IMG/VR virus record: IMGVR_UViG_3300011443_000001
Reading direction: 5' to 3' (one strand)
DNA: 64,000 bases
DNA from: a virus
In this document: positions 41,515-49,747 of the stretch, in pieces
How positions within the stretch are numbered: position 1 is the first letter of the stretch
Layout of the letters: each line of letters begins with the position of its first letter
Translations under genes and position numbers: made by a program
Notes under the pieces: model-generated
Seen by the model: only the letters and a program-made list of their open reading frames with translations
Databases searched by the model: none
Told to the model about the DNA's origin: nothing

Positions 41515-41771
41515 CCTCGGGACGGCTGCGGGATAACCCGCTTTAACCTGTTCTTGTTATAACCAGTTCGGCAGTATCCAGGAAAATTCCTGCACAACTG
41601 GTCATTCACCTCGGTGGCCGGGTCCCCAACCGGTAACCGGTTCATGACACGGTAGTTGACAACCCGGGAGATGAGTCGGGCCAAGCTCGTTGACCGGTGC
41701 TTCACGCCCTGGGCGTCCGTAAACACCCAACCGTCTGGTGGAAAGAGATTTGTATTGAATTTGGACCCCAT
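41481..41771 (-). CDS. Hypothetical protein
   Basis: ATG at 41771; PPDGWVF...GCSSC. Confidence 0.6.
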   Translation of the reverse strand: MGSKFNTNLFPPDGWVFTDAQGVKHRSTSLARLISRVVNYRVMNRLPVGDPATEVNDQLCRNFPGYCRTGYNKNRLKRVIPQPSRGCSSCKKSRRR

Positions 41772-41784
41772 AAAAACTCGCCAA

Positions 41785-43716
41785 TCACATATCGTTGTCG
41801 TCCAGCGCCGTGTCCAGGTCCTCGAATCGGTTCGTCCGGTCGCAGCCGATGTCGCGCGCCTGGGGGTCCCACTCCGACTGGTGCTCGATGGGCTCCACGT
41901 CGGTGTCGCCGGCCATGCTGGGCGTAAACCCGAACCCGCGGCGCGCGGCCTGCAAAAGCAGGGTGAACGCGTCCGCGCTGTTCGGAGACTTGCCGGCGTG
42001 CCGGGACTTGTATTCTTTTTTGGACTCGACGTGTGACTTTTTTCCAATCATTCGGAACAGCCGGTCCGTAAGCTCCGGATACAGCTCGGACGTATCCAGT
42101 CCGAATGCGCAGAACATATACTTGAACTCGAGCCACCGTCGCAGAGCGAACCACAACTCGGAATTCACCCGGTCATAAAGTTCCTTGGCCGTGTCTTCAT
42201 CTTCGATAAACACCCGCGCGTCCGTCGCGCCCTCGTAAAAGTTCACGCCGACGACCGACGGCGACCACCGAGCCCGCAGGTAATCGTAAACTCCCTGACC
42301 GTTGCCCGTCCGGTCCAGCGCGAGGTGCTCGGGTCGAATCTTCATTGCGCGGCAGAGCCGCATGACTTCGTCTCCGACGACGAACGTGTCGCCATTCGGT
42401 ATGATGAAAATTTTCTCCGCGAGCAAAATGTGTTTCGGGGACTTATGCCCGTTGCGGTCCATAAAATAAATCGTTTCGCCCTCCGGATGCGCAAGGCTCG
42501 GACCCATACGCAGCCCGGTCGCCCGACCGAACAGCCCCTTGCACATCATGCACGCGTCACCGCCCTCGAGCGCAAGGTCCGCGCCCGCACACGGCTCCGG
42601 CACGTCATACCAAATCACCTCGCACTTCAGATTAACCGTTAGCCCTTGTGGAATCACCGCGAGCGCGACACCGATGGGCGGAAAACATCCGCGCACCATC
42701 GTCCAGTATCCCGGCGAGTCGAGCCCGCCAGCGTTGGCGATGATTTGCTGCATGCCCTCGTAGGTCTGCATGCCGGGATAAATCTCCCGCTTCTCTTTGA
42801 TGTTTTCGGACTGCATCGCGTCCAGGCGGACAATCCACCATCCGCGGACGGACATCCAATCGAAGTGCAGGTCAGGGTCGAAACTTCCCCAGCCGAACTT
42901 CGGCTCGCAGCGAACGCCTACGTCGTTGTTCCGGTCGTCCGGGTTGAACGCGCCGTAAACTTTCAGCCCGCCTCGATTCGAGGCGTTGGACAGCAAGTTG
43001 TCAATATCGTGCCACAGCCCTTTTGGCAGGTTGGAAATTTCGTCCACGAACACGAACAGCCGGCTCGTCTCGCCAAATTCCGGATGCGGAGTCTTGCGCC
43101 GAAAACGCGCGACACCTTGCAGCCGGCCCGCCGCCTTTTTCCCTTGCGGGATTACGACGCCCGCGATAGAGCCGCGCCGCTTGCGCAGGTCAAGACCGAT
43201 AAACAGCTTTCCGATTTCCCCCGGCAGCGGGATAGCCGAGTTTCGGTGCAGTTCGACGAGCTGCGAAAACAGGTTGGCTTCGAGATGGTCTTCACTCGGC
43301 CCTAGGACTCGGACCGACGTGTATTCGGGGTCGCGCAGCCACTCCAGAAAGAACCGAATCGCCATGCTGAAGGACTTCGACTGCTTGCCGGCGCCCATCA
43401 GCAATCCGAAGTCGTGTTCGTCAACGGCCGACCATACGCGCTTGGTGTTGTTCGGCCGCGGGTCAAACTGGTTCGGGGTCCACAACAACTGGGCGGCTTC
43501 TTCCATCGCGCCATGGTTCATGGCCCAGTGCAGGAGAATGTTTAGAAGCTCAAACGCCTTGGCCTTGGTTTCGACCGACTGCTTGGCCATCGCCGGCGTG
43601 GTCTGTGCTGCCCAGGCGCGAACGAGCCGCGCGGCGTCGTAAATCTCGCCGGCGTGAATGAGTTTCGCAGTCTCGCGAAGGAGTCCCTTAACGGGGTGTG
43701 ACTCTGGTAAAGCCAT
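41785..43716 (-). CDS. terL: Terminase large subunit
   Basis: Walker A-like MGAGKQSKS, Walker B FVFVDE, RNase H-like GADLALEGGD, ALDRTGNG, SPNSADA. Confidence 0.85.
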   Translation of the reverse strand: MALPESHPVKGLLRETAKLIHAGEIYDAARLVRAWAAQTTPAMAKQSVETKAKAFELLNILLHWAMNHGAMEEAAQLLWTPNQFDPRPNNTKRVWSAVDEHDFGLLMGAGKQSKSFSMAIRFFLEWLRDPEYTSVRVLGPSEDHLEANLFSQLVELHRNSAIPLPGEIGKLFIGLDLRKRRGSIAGVVIPQGKKAAGRLQGVARFRRKTPHPEFGETSRLFVFVDEISNLPKGLWHDIDNLLSNASNRGGLKVYGAFNPDDRNNDVGVRCEPKFGWGSFDPDLHFDWMSVRGWWIVRLDAMQSENIKEKREIYPGMQTYEGMQQIIANAGGLDSPGYWTMVRGCFPPIGVALAVIPQGLTVNLKCEVIWYDVPEPCAGADLALEGGDACMMCKGLFGRATGLRMGPSLAHPEGETIYFMDRNGHKSPKHILLAEKIFIIPNGDTFVVGDEVMRLCRAMKIRPEHLALDRTGNGQGVYDYLRARWSPSVVGVNFYEGATDARVFIEDEDTAKELYDRVNSELWFALRRWLEFKYMFCAFGLDTSELYPELTDRLFRMIGKKSHVESKKEYKSRHAGKSPNSADAFTLLLQAARRGFGFTPSMAGDTDVEPIEHQSEWDPQARDIGCDRTNRFEDLDTALDDNDM

Positions 43717-43876
43717 TCATCGAGTGAGCAAGACGCCAGTAAGCATGCCCCAACGAGAAAAAGTAGGGCGGGCGTTGTTTACCCCGAATGGCAAGCCAGA
43801 GCAGGTCCAACGCAATGGCGGTCGGAACCGTCGATAGCAAGAACCACAGCTTCAGATTTTCCCACCAGTTTCGCAT
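43688..43876 (-). CDS. Small membrane protein
   Basis: ATG at 43876 right after U-tract; hydrophobic helix. Confidence 0.45.
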   Translation of the reverse strand: MRNWWENLKLWFLLSTVPTAIALDLLWLAIRGKQRPPYFFSLGHAYWRLAHSMNGFTRVTPR

Positions 43877-43879
43877 ACC

Positions 43880-44262
43880 AAAAAAATGCAGAGTGCCGGG
43901 CAAACCGGCATCACCGTTCTGAGTGAACGTGTCTTTGGTTTAGACGAACCCTGCACAAAGTAAGCGGCGTGTTGTATTGAGCCGTTGTCGCCGACTATAC
44001 GCGTGACGGGGTGAGCATTCCCTGCTCGCTGCCACGATTTCCCCGCCGACAGCCCGGAAGCTAAAACGCCGCTTGCCGAGGTCCACAGTGTGATTACACC
44101 TTCGGCCAAAACGTTCCGTGCTGTCGAAAATGGTAACGGGAGCGGGCGGTAGCTAACCGGATGTCCCGCGCCCCGACCGAGAGAGCTGCGCACTTCGCTC
44201 TCGGCTTTTTCCCAGGTCGCCTTTAGGGCGTAGACTGGACTATTCCCGAGCACACGGCCCGG
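43880..44262 (-). ncRNA. Candidate structured non-coding RNA(s) downstream of tRNA
   Basis: No credible ORF; many complementary stems incl. 12/13-bp helix, 9-bp long-range helix, multi-branch junction ending in U7. Confidence 0.55.
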
Positions 44263-44267
44263 AAAAT

Positions 44268-44342
44268 TGGTTGCAGGAGACGGAGTTGAACCGCCGACCT
44301 TCTGGTTATGAGCCAGACGAGCTACCACTGCTCCATCCTGCA
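44268..44342 (-). tRNA. tRNA-Met (CAT), initiator-like, CCA encoded
   Basis: TGCAGGATGGAGCAGTGGTAGCTCGTCTGGCTCATAACCAGAAGGTCGGCGGTTCAACTCCGTCTCCTGCAACCA folds into a full cloverleaf. Confidence 0.95.
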
Positions 44343-44355
44343 TTGCCATGCGCTG

Positions 44356-44631
44356 TTAGGTGACCGTGACGGTCACAGTGCCCTGCCCGGGCTCGGTCGG
44401 AAGAGTCGGACCGTGCATCACCGGACCTTCCGGACCCAAGCCGACGATATTCTCAGCCCGAACGCGCCAGTCATAGACCTGCGGAACGGGGTTAAAAATG
44501 TCGAGGGACGGAACCGCCGTATTGGCCTTGAAAACAAATGGTCCCCCATTAACGCTTTCATAGACCTTGTAGTTGTTGACCTGTTCACCCGCCGGATTTG
44601 CGGGCCACGCCAAATGGATAGTAGTTGCCAT
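44356..44631 (-). CDS. Fibronectin type III / Ig-like protein
   Basis: LAW.....YKVY...YDWRVRAENIVGLGP. Confidence 0.75.
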   Translation of the reverse strand: MATTIHLAWPANPAGEQVNNYKVYESVNGGPFVFKANTAVPSLDIFNPVPQVYDWRVRAENIVGLGPEGPVMHGPTLPTEPGQGTVTVTVT

Positions 44632-44636
44632 GCCAC

Positions 44637-45344
44637 CTAAGAAGTGTGCGAACTTTCCGATTTGTCAATGGTCGTATGATGAAGTCTGTAAACCGTTGAT
44701 GCGTGCCAGAAACGCTCGCCAGACGGGTTAAGAATTCCGCCCTCGCGCAACCCGTTGGCAACTTGCAAATATGTCCAGCCCTCGCGCCGGCGCGCGTGGA
44801 TGTAGTTCAAAACGTGCCGCTCATCCGCCTGGACCGCCGGGTCCGGATGCAGCCCGTAGGGCCGGCGCCCGCCGCACGGCCGTCCGGTCCTGGCCTTTGT
44901 GCGCCGGCGCCCGTCTTGCAGCTTCTTAACGATTACGGCCTTCTCCCATTGCGCGATGACGCCGAGCATCTGCCGCAGCATGACGCGCGACGGGTCGCCG
45001 TCGGCCACTGTTAGTTCCTGCCCGGAGTCCGCCGCGAAAACCTTGACGCCGCGCTCCGCGCACCGCACAAAGAAAATTTCCTGGGCCATCAGGTCACGCG
45101 CGACGCGGTCGGACCGTTCCACAACGATGGCTTCAACATTAAAGGCCGGAGCCAGCTCGAGCATCTCAAGCAGCATGGTCCGGTCTTCAACGTTGACGCC
45201 CCCGGACTGGTTTTCCGAGAAGGTGCGACAGATGCTCATGTCGTGTTGTTCGGCGAACTGTTTGACCGTATCGCGCTGGCGGTCGAGCCCGCACTTGTCA
45301 ACCTGTTCTCGGGTGCTGACGCGCAGATACGAAAAAACTCTCAT
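44637..45344 (-). CDS. Serine recombinase (resolvase/invertase family)
   Basis: YLRVSTREQ catalytic Ser motif, ERSDRVAR, C-terminal HTH-like region. Confidence 0.9.
   Translation of the reverse strand: MRVFSYLRVSTREQVDKCGLDRQRDTVKQFAEQHDMSICRTFSENQSGGVNVEDRTMLLEMLELAPAFNVEAIVVERSDRVARDLMAQEIFFVRCAERGVKVFAADSGQELTVADGDPSRVMLRQMLGVIAQWEKAVIVKKLQDGRRRTKARTGRPCGGRRPYGLHPDPAVQADERHVLNYIHARRREGWTYLQVANGLREGGILNPSGERFWHASTVYRLHHTTIDKSESSHTS
44643..44668 (-). promoter_or_regulatory. Short-spacer motif TTGACA-N14-CACACT-TCTT
   Basis: Upstream of FN3-tRNA-ncRNA-TerL unit. Confidence 0.7.
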
Positions 45345-45841
45345 GGCTGTATCCTTTGGCCGGTGTCCGGGTCGTAGCCGATATACGCGGAAAAGTCCCC
45401 CGCGGTCATTCTGTTCCACGCGAACCAAATGTCCTTGAGCTGTTGCCGGCTGTGACAGGCCCGTGTCAGCAGGTGCGTAGCCGGGAACGAATACAGCCGC
45501 TCAAAGTCGGTCGTCGGACGACTTCCAAAAATGTTCGCGGGCGCCCACTTGTTCGATTGCAGCTCGGCGAACGCGCAGCACCAGCCCTCGCCCCAGTTCG
45601 GAAACCGATGTATCAGCGGCGCGCGGAACGCCACCGAATGGAAAACCTCGTGCCACAGCCCGTCAATGGGCTGGTCCCATCCCAGTGTTATCCGGGCGCA
45701 CGTATTCTCTCGCCAGGGCGGATACCACAGTCCGCCCGCGCCGTTTTCCAAGCGCCAAATAATTTCGTCCAACTCGACAAACTCCCAGGACGGCCCGACC
45801 CAGGTCTTCGCTTCGGCGATGATGTGGTGAAACGGACTCAT
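45341..45841 (-). CDS. Putative zinc metallopeptidase (HExxH...E)
   Basis: WHEVFH...WGEGW. Confidence 0.55.
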   Translation of the reverse strand: MSPFHHIIAEAKTWVGPSWEFVELDEIIWRLENGAGGLWYPPWRENTCARITLGWDQPIDGLWHEVFHSVAFRAPLIHRFPNWGEGWCCAFAELQSNKWAPANIFGSRPTTDFERLYSFPATHLLTRACHSRQQLKDIWFAWNRMTAGDFSAYIGYDPDTGQRIQP

Positions 45842-46149
45842 AGCTTAGCGATGTCGTCGAGTTCCTTATGCCACGCCTCGAGGGCGGACGTTAAAAGATG
45901 GGCGGACTCTGGCGTCATCGTGTTTCGCAACGCGGGAAGCTGCGCCAGGAGATGCGCCGCAAACGCCCGGTAGCGAAACTCTCGGCGGATGTGCCCGGTC
46001 ATCTTCTCCGAGAACGCCTTGATGTGGTCGTTCAGGTCGAAAAAACCCCCATACTCAACGAGTCCATTCCACTGCATCGGGCGTGCTGGCGACGGGCACA
46101 CACAACGATACGTATAGTTTCCGCAACGCGGACATAGGTCCATGCTCAT
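45838..46149 (-). CDS. Hypothetical protein with N-terminal CxxC
   Basis: Coupled ORF. Confidence 0.55.
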   Translation of the reverse strand: MSMDLCPRCGNYTYRCVCPSPARPMQWNGLVEYGGFFDLNDHIKAFSEKMTGHIRREFRYRAFAAHLLAQLPALRNTMTPESAHLLTSALEAWHKELDDIAKL

Positions 46150-46541
46150 GGTGTCTCGTCCGACCAAGCCTCGCTGTATTTGCCCATCGGGTCCGCGTAG
46201 GTGGCGAGTATCCGGTTGTGCCGCCTGCGAAGTTCCCGCGACATCGCTTCCTCGATTTCCGAGAACTTCGCGATTTTTCGCCGGAGCAACGCGCGAGCAT
46301 TAAGCAGGTGTTCCTGCTCCATTTCGTCGATGCGGACAATGCCGTTGTCTCGCGTCCTCCAAAAATAAAGGTGCGGTGAAGCAGCCTCGGCCAGCGGATT
46401 GTTGCGACCGCTGCCCCCGCTGCCACCGGCTCCGACGCAGGTGACATGAACCGCGGACACCCCCTTCGGCTTAGTCCAGGTATTCGCCTTGCGGCGACGA
46501 CGGCCAATTATTTTTTTGGTCTTGGTCTTGGTCTTTTTCAT
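46146..46541 (-). CDS. Basic hypothetical protein containing a fibre-like TWTKP...CVGAGG motif
   Basis: ATG at 46541; Lys/Arg-rich N-terminus. Confidence 0.55.
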   Translation of the reverse strand: MKKTKTKTKKIIGRRRRKANTWTKPKGVSAVHVTCVGAGGSGGSGRNNPLAEAASPHLYFWRTRDNGIVRIDEMEQEHLLNARALLRRKIAKFSEIEEAMSRELRRRHNRILATYADPMGKYSEAWSDETP

Positions 46542-46542
46542 T

Positions 46543-46809
46543 TTAGTCCCAGGCTGGCACGCAGCCAAACTTGTGAAACGCGCGGCAGATTCGAAAATGA
46601 GTCTCGATGCAGCCGCGCGGTCCCTCGTCCTGATGAACGATGTTTCCCCGCTCCCGCTTATCCCAGTCGTATTCCCACACGATGGTTTCGTTGTAGCGCC
46701 GCGGCCCTTCCGCGGCCGACGAGTCGCGCTCAATGGTGGACACCATAAAACACTTGCCTTCGTGGGTTACATACGACTGAATGACTCGTGCATTTTCCAT
46801 ATTCATCAC
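46543..46809 (-). CDS. Hypothetical protein
   Basis: Coupled 88-aa ORF. Confidence 0.6.
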   Translation of the reverse strand: MMNMENARVIQSYVTHEGKCFMVSTIERDSSAAEGPRRYNETIVWEYDWDKRERGNIVHQDEGPRGCIETHFRICRAFHKFGCVPAWD

Positions 46810-47075
46810 GGTTCAACTTCAAAAACATGCCACACATACGGACCGGCAAAAGCAGTCCCGCGATGCTGGCCACAGTTAATACCAAGTTCCCATCCCGTGC
46901 CGAAGACGCGAAACTGTCTCGGGGTTGGCGTGAAGTCCAGCACGACTTTGGCCCAGACATACAACGTGTCGCCCGGGAAACCAAAATGCAAGAGCTGCGC
47001 GCCGGCGGGCATCATCACCGTATGCAAGTCGCCGCCGCTAATTTCCAGCGGGTATTTGTAGATTGTCGTTCTCAT
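46806..47075 (-). CDS. Conserved phage hypothetical protein
   Basis: IYKYPL...MPAGA..L...VWA...R.F..FGTG...VWHVFE pattern common in phages. Confidence 0.7.
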   Translation of the reverse strand: MRTTIYKYPLEISGGDLHTVMMPAGAQLLHFGFPGDTLYVWAKVVLDFTPTPRQFRVFGTGWELGINCGQHRGTAFAGPYVWHVFEVEP

Positions 47076-47221
47076 TGGTCGTTGTCCTGGATAAAGCGGT
47101 TGGTGGCCTCGGCGGTCTTTCGCTTGCGGTCCGCGCGCTTGGCCGCAGCACGTTCCCGGTCACGCTTGCGCTTGCGGTCCGCGCGGGCGTTCATGGCGAT
47201 GATGGTCGAGAGTGAAAACAT
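47072..47221 (-). CDS. Small basic protein (49 aa, not in ORF track)
   Basis: Hand-translated; directly after promoter-like motif 47236-47262. Confidence 0.5.
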   Translation of the reverse strand: MFSLSTIIAMNARADRKRKRDRERAAAKRADRKRKTAEATNRFIQDNDQ

Positions 47222-47235
47222 ATTCTGCCTTTACC

Positions 47236-47262
47236 AGTGCCACTACGTGGGTCATTTGTCAA
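47236..47262 (-). promoter_or_regulatory. Motif variant TTGACA-N15-GGCACT-GG
   Basis: Upstream of 47221 gene run. Confidence 0.55.
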
Positions 47263-47263
47263 C

Positions 47264-47542
47264 TCAAACTTCGCCCAGGCAGACTAAAACTTTGTTCGCG
47301 GACACACCAAAACATCCGGCGCCCAGACTCTCGTCGCCCAGGTAGGCCCGCATCTTCGCAGACCGGGGGCAGCCAGCCTTGATGCAGTTTTTTCGGGCGG
47401 CGGCGATGGACACGCCGTAGCCGTAGTAGCCGGGACCGACGACAATAAACGTGTCAGCCGCCGAAAGGTTTTCCAGGTTTTGGAACTGGATTTGGGATTG
47501 GTTGTCCTTATGGGTGATTGTCAGAGTTAGGTCTTTTCTCAT
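47264..47542 (-). CDS. Hypothetical protein
   Basis: ATG at 47542. Confidence 0.5.
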   Translation of the reverse strand: MRKDLTLTITHKDNQSQIQFQNLENLSAADTFIVVGPGYYGYGVSIAAARKNCIKAGCPRSAKMRAYLGDESLGAGCFGVSANKVLVCLGEV

Positions 47543-47723
47543 TGACCCCACTCTCGCACACCGATGCCCGAGCGTCAAGCGGCACCGCAACAAAAAAGCG
47601 CCAGCCGCACGCCTTGCATTCTGCGTCGAGGTGCGGCGTCTCGCAAAGGGCGCAAGTGTGAACGACCCGATAATACGGGTGCTTGCACCTGGGATTTGGG
47701 CACTCAGCCTTTGGCGCCGGCAT
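47508..47723 (-). CDS. Zn-ribbon-like small protein
   Basis: CPNPRC, CALC, CKAC. Confidence 0.45.
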   Translation of the reverse strand: MPAPKAECPNPRCKHPYYRVVHTCALCETPHLDAECKACGWRFFVAVPLDARASVCESGVNEKRPNSDNHP

Positions 47724-47882
47724 GGGGGAAACACCTTACTGGTCAAATGAGCATTTTGACCCACTTCTTTGGTATGTCACTACGTGGGAATTTATCACGG
47801 TCCTGGGCGTTGGACTGGTTATCGGCTTCGGACTCATGAGCGCGCTCATCTCCTACCGTCGGCGGAAATAATTTGGAGCGCG

Positions 47883-48416
47883 TCAGCCTTCATAGGTGTT
47901 TAGATATCGGACGACCCGGACCGCCAAGTCGATGTCGGAGGACTTCGGACCGAATCCGGACTCGGCCAGGAAAAAGACGTTCAGGTCCCGAACCGTGTCA
48001 CGGATGATGACGTGATGGGGTTCGTGGACCAAGGCAAAACGTGGCGGGCAGGTGCAGACATCGGCACCCCCGACCGCGTGACCCGCGACGTATTCCTGAC
48101 ACCGGGTGCATATCATAGTAACCGTCCGCATTCGGTGGCAGTTCGCACATACGAGGTCGCACTTCGCTAGTTCCTCCAGCACCCGAACCCGGCTCCTACG
48201 GTTCGCTCGACTCAGGTCGAAGGATTTCTGTTCTGGGTCCCGGTGGTCAAACTCCATCACATCGGGGTGAAACGTCTGGCCACAATCCTGGCACGGTTTG
48301 TTCTTGGCCGCGAGCACCAGCTCCCGTGTCCTGGACCTCTCTCGCCGGCGCTCCTGCACCCGGCTCACAGCGCGTTTGAAACGCGCTTCCTCCTTCAAGA
48401 ATTCATATCGAGTCAT
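47883..48416 (-). CDS. HNH endonuclease
   Basis: CQDCG...EFDHRD...CDLVCANCH. Confidence 0.8.
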   Translation of the reverse strand: MTRYEFLKEEARFKRAVSRVQERRRERSRTRELVLAAKNKPCQDCGQTFHPDVMEFDHRDPEQKSFDLSRANRRSRVRVLEELAKCDLVCANCHRMRTVTMICTRCQEYVAGHAVGGADVCTCPPRFALVHEPHHVIIRDTVRDLNVFFLAESGFGPKSSDIDLAVRVVRYLNTYEG

Positions 48417-48419
48417 TTT

Positions 48420-48760
48420 GTCTCATCCTAATTTCTCGCGCGGGGCCGATTTTTCAAATCGCGCGGGGTTGACTGAGCGACTCTCCCCGCCAGCCGATTC
48501 CCCCGTGGGGGGTGGCACGATTCCTGCTTCACCACTGCTGCACCACGGACCTTGGTGCAACGCAACGAGTTACGGGGAATTCCAGAATGTGGACAGTGGA
48601 CCGAGTGACTAGGCAAGAGTTGCCTAGTGTGTCTCGTTGCGAGACAGGACACTTTCGCACCGGGCAACCTGTTGCTACGCGATGGGGTGCGAGGGTGGGG
48701 TGCGAGGGCACCTGTTGTGGATTGGGTGAATACACCCAATTGGGTAAATATACCCAGGAC
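48420..48760. other. Non-coding region with tandem palindromes and hairpins (candidate packaging/regulatory site)
   Basis: Palindromes 48722-48756, hairpins 48608-48628 and 48630-48646, direct repeat ggggtgcgaggg x2. Confidence 0.45.
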
Positions 48761-48762
48761 CA

Positions 48763-49419
48763 TCACGCCGGAGAATCGGGGCCGCGCTCGCGCTGGGTTC
48801 GCTCAGTAACATGAGTGATTTGGTCATGATTCAACTCCGCTTGTGCCTGCGCCTCAATGGCCAGTTCGCGAACGATGGCATCGGCCGGCTTGGTCGAGTT
48901 GCCGGGCGAATTCAGTGACGCAATCACAGCCGCGTGCAGCGCGCTTGCGTTCATCTCGTCCGGTTCGGTGTCGCGCTGCGCGCGGTCGGTCGCGGTGTCG
49001 CCAAGCGCAGCGTAGGTCATGCTGTGCGCCTTCTCGGCTGCCGCGGCAAGGTCAGTGAAAAATCGGGCAGAGACATGCTTGACGCCGTTCTTGCCGTAAG
49101 CGGTGACCTCAGCGCAAATCTCTTCGTCAGTCATTCCACTGAAACGGGTTATGACTCGGTCAATGAGCGAGCGCACGCGGTGGCCCTGGACGAAGCAAAG
49201 CGCGCGGTTCTGGGCACGCTCAAAGTCGCCCGGTCGCCCAGACTTGGCCATCAACGTAATGCGCTGAATCTTAACGCTCCAGCCCTCCGCGTCCGCAAGC
49301 TTCTGGACTATCTCGGGGTCAAGCTCAAGCGCGGCTGCTGTCTTCTCAACATCGCCAACCAGAGCAACATACGTGAGCAGGATTTGGCTCACGTCAAGCT
49401 TGTTCTTGTTCAGGTGCAT
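48763..49419 (-). CDS. HTH protein, possible terminase small subunit
   Basis: VEKTAAALELDPEIVQKLADAEGW HTH-like then helical region; TGATG coupling with upstream ORF. Confidence 0.45.
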   Translation of the reverse strand: MHLNKNKLDVSQILLTYVALVGDVEKTAAALELDPEIVQKLADAEGWSVKIQRITLMAKSGRPGDFERAQNRALCFVQGHRVRSLIDRVITRFSGMTDEEICAEVTAYGKNGVKHVSARFFTDLAAAAEKAHSMTYAALGDTATDRAQRDTEPDEMNASALHAAVIASLNSPGNSTKPADAIVRELAIEAQAQAELNHDQITHVTERTQRERGPDSPA

Positions 49420-49595
49420 CAAAGACCCTTGCGCTTCAAATCCTTGTTCTCGGTCCACCAAGCTTCACGCTTCTGCTTGCGCAACAGTTTCTTCGCCGCG
49501 GTGTTAAGCTTCTGCGCAGCATGAGGCGCAGCCTTGAACAATTCCTTTTCGATGTCTTTCGGTTCCACGTCTAAGAGGTGCGCAGCAAAAGCCAT
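49419..49595 (-). CDS. Small basic protein (58 aa, not in ORF track)
   Basis: Hand-translated MAFAAHLLDVEPKDIEKELF...; coupled to next gene. Confidence 0.55.
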   Translation of the reverse strand: MAFAAHLLDVEPKDIEKELFKAAPHAAQKLNTAAKKLLRKQKREAWWTENKDLKRKGL

Positions 49596-49711
49596 ATGTC
49601 AACCTGGGGACCCCGAAAAAGATAGCATAGGGGTGGGCGATGACCTCGGACCAAGTCACGGGGACCTAGACATGGTGTATACTATAAAGAGGTTCTGGGC
49701 TTTCCAAGTCC

Positions 49712-49747
49712 TTATCTATTATATATTTATAAATAAATTCAATATAA
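49712..49747. other. AT-rich patch at the strand switch
   Basis: 34 of 36 bases A/T in a GC-rich genome. Confidence 0.5.

Noticed and set aside
43880-44262. Group I intron or pistol ribozyme, suggested by ATAGTC (S-element-like) and GCCCTAA
   Set aside because: No matching GACTA (R) element upstream for P7, no interrupted host gene, no TTAGGG pseudoknot partner
43852-44349. 165-aa ORF over tRNA and structured region
   Set aside because: N-terminus (VVARLAHNQKVGGSTPSPAT) is the familiar translation of a tRNA gene
47683-47871. + strand small membrane ORF
   Set aside because: Isolated on the opposite strand, overlaps a Cys-rich - strand ORF and no clear start or promoter; not supportable
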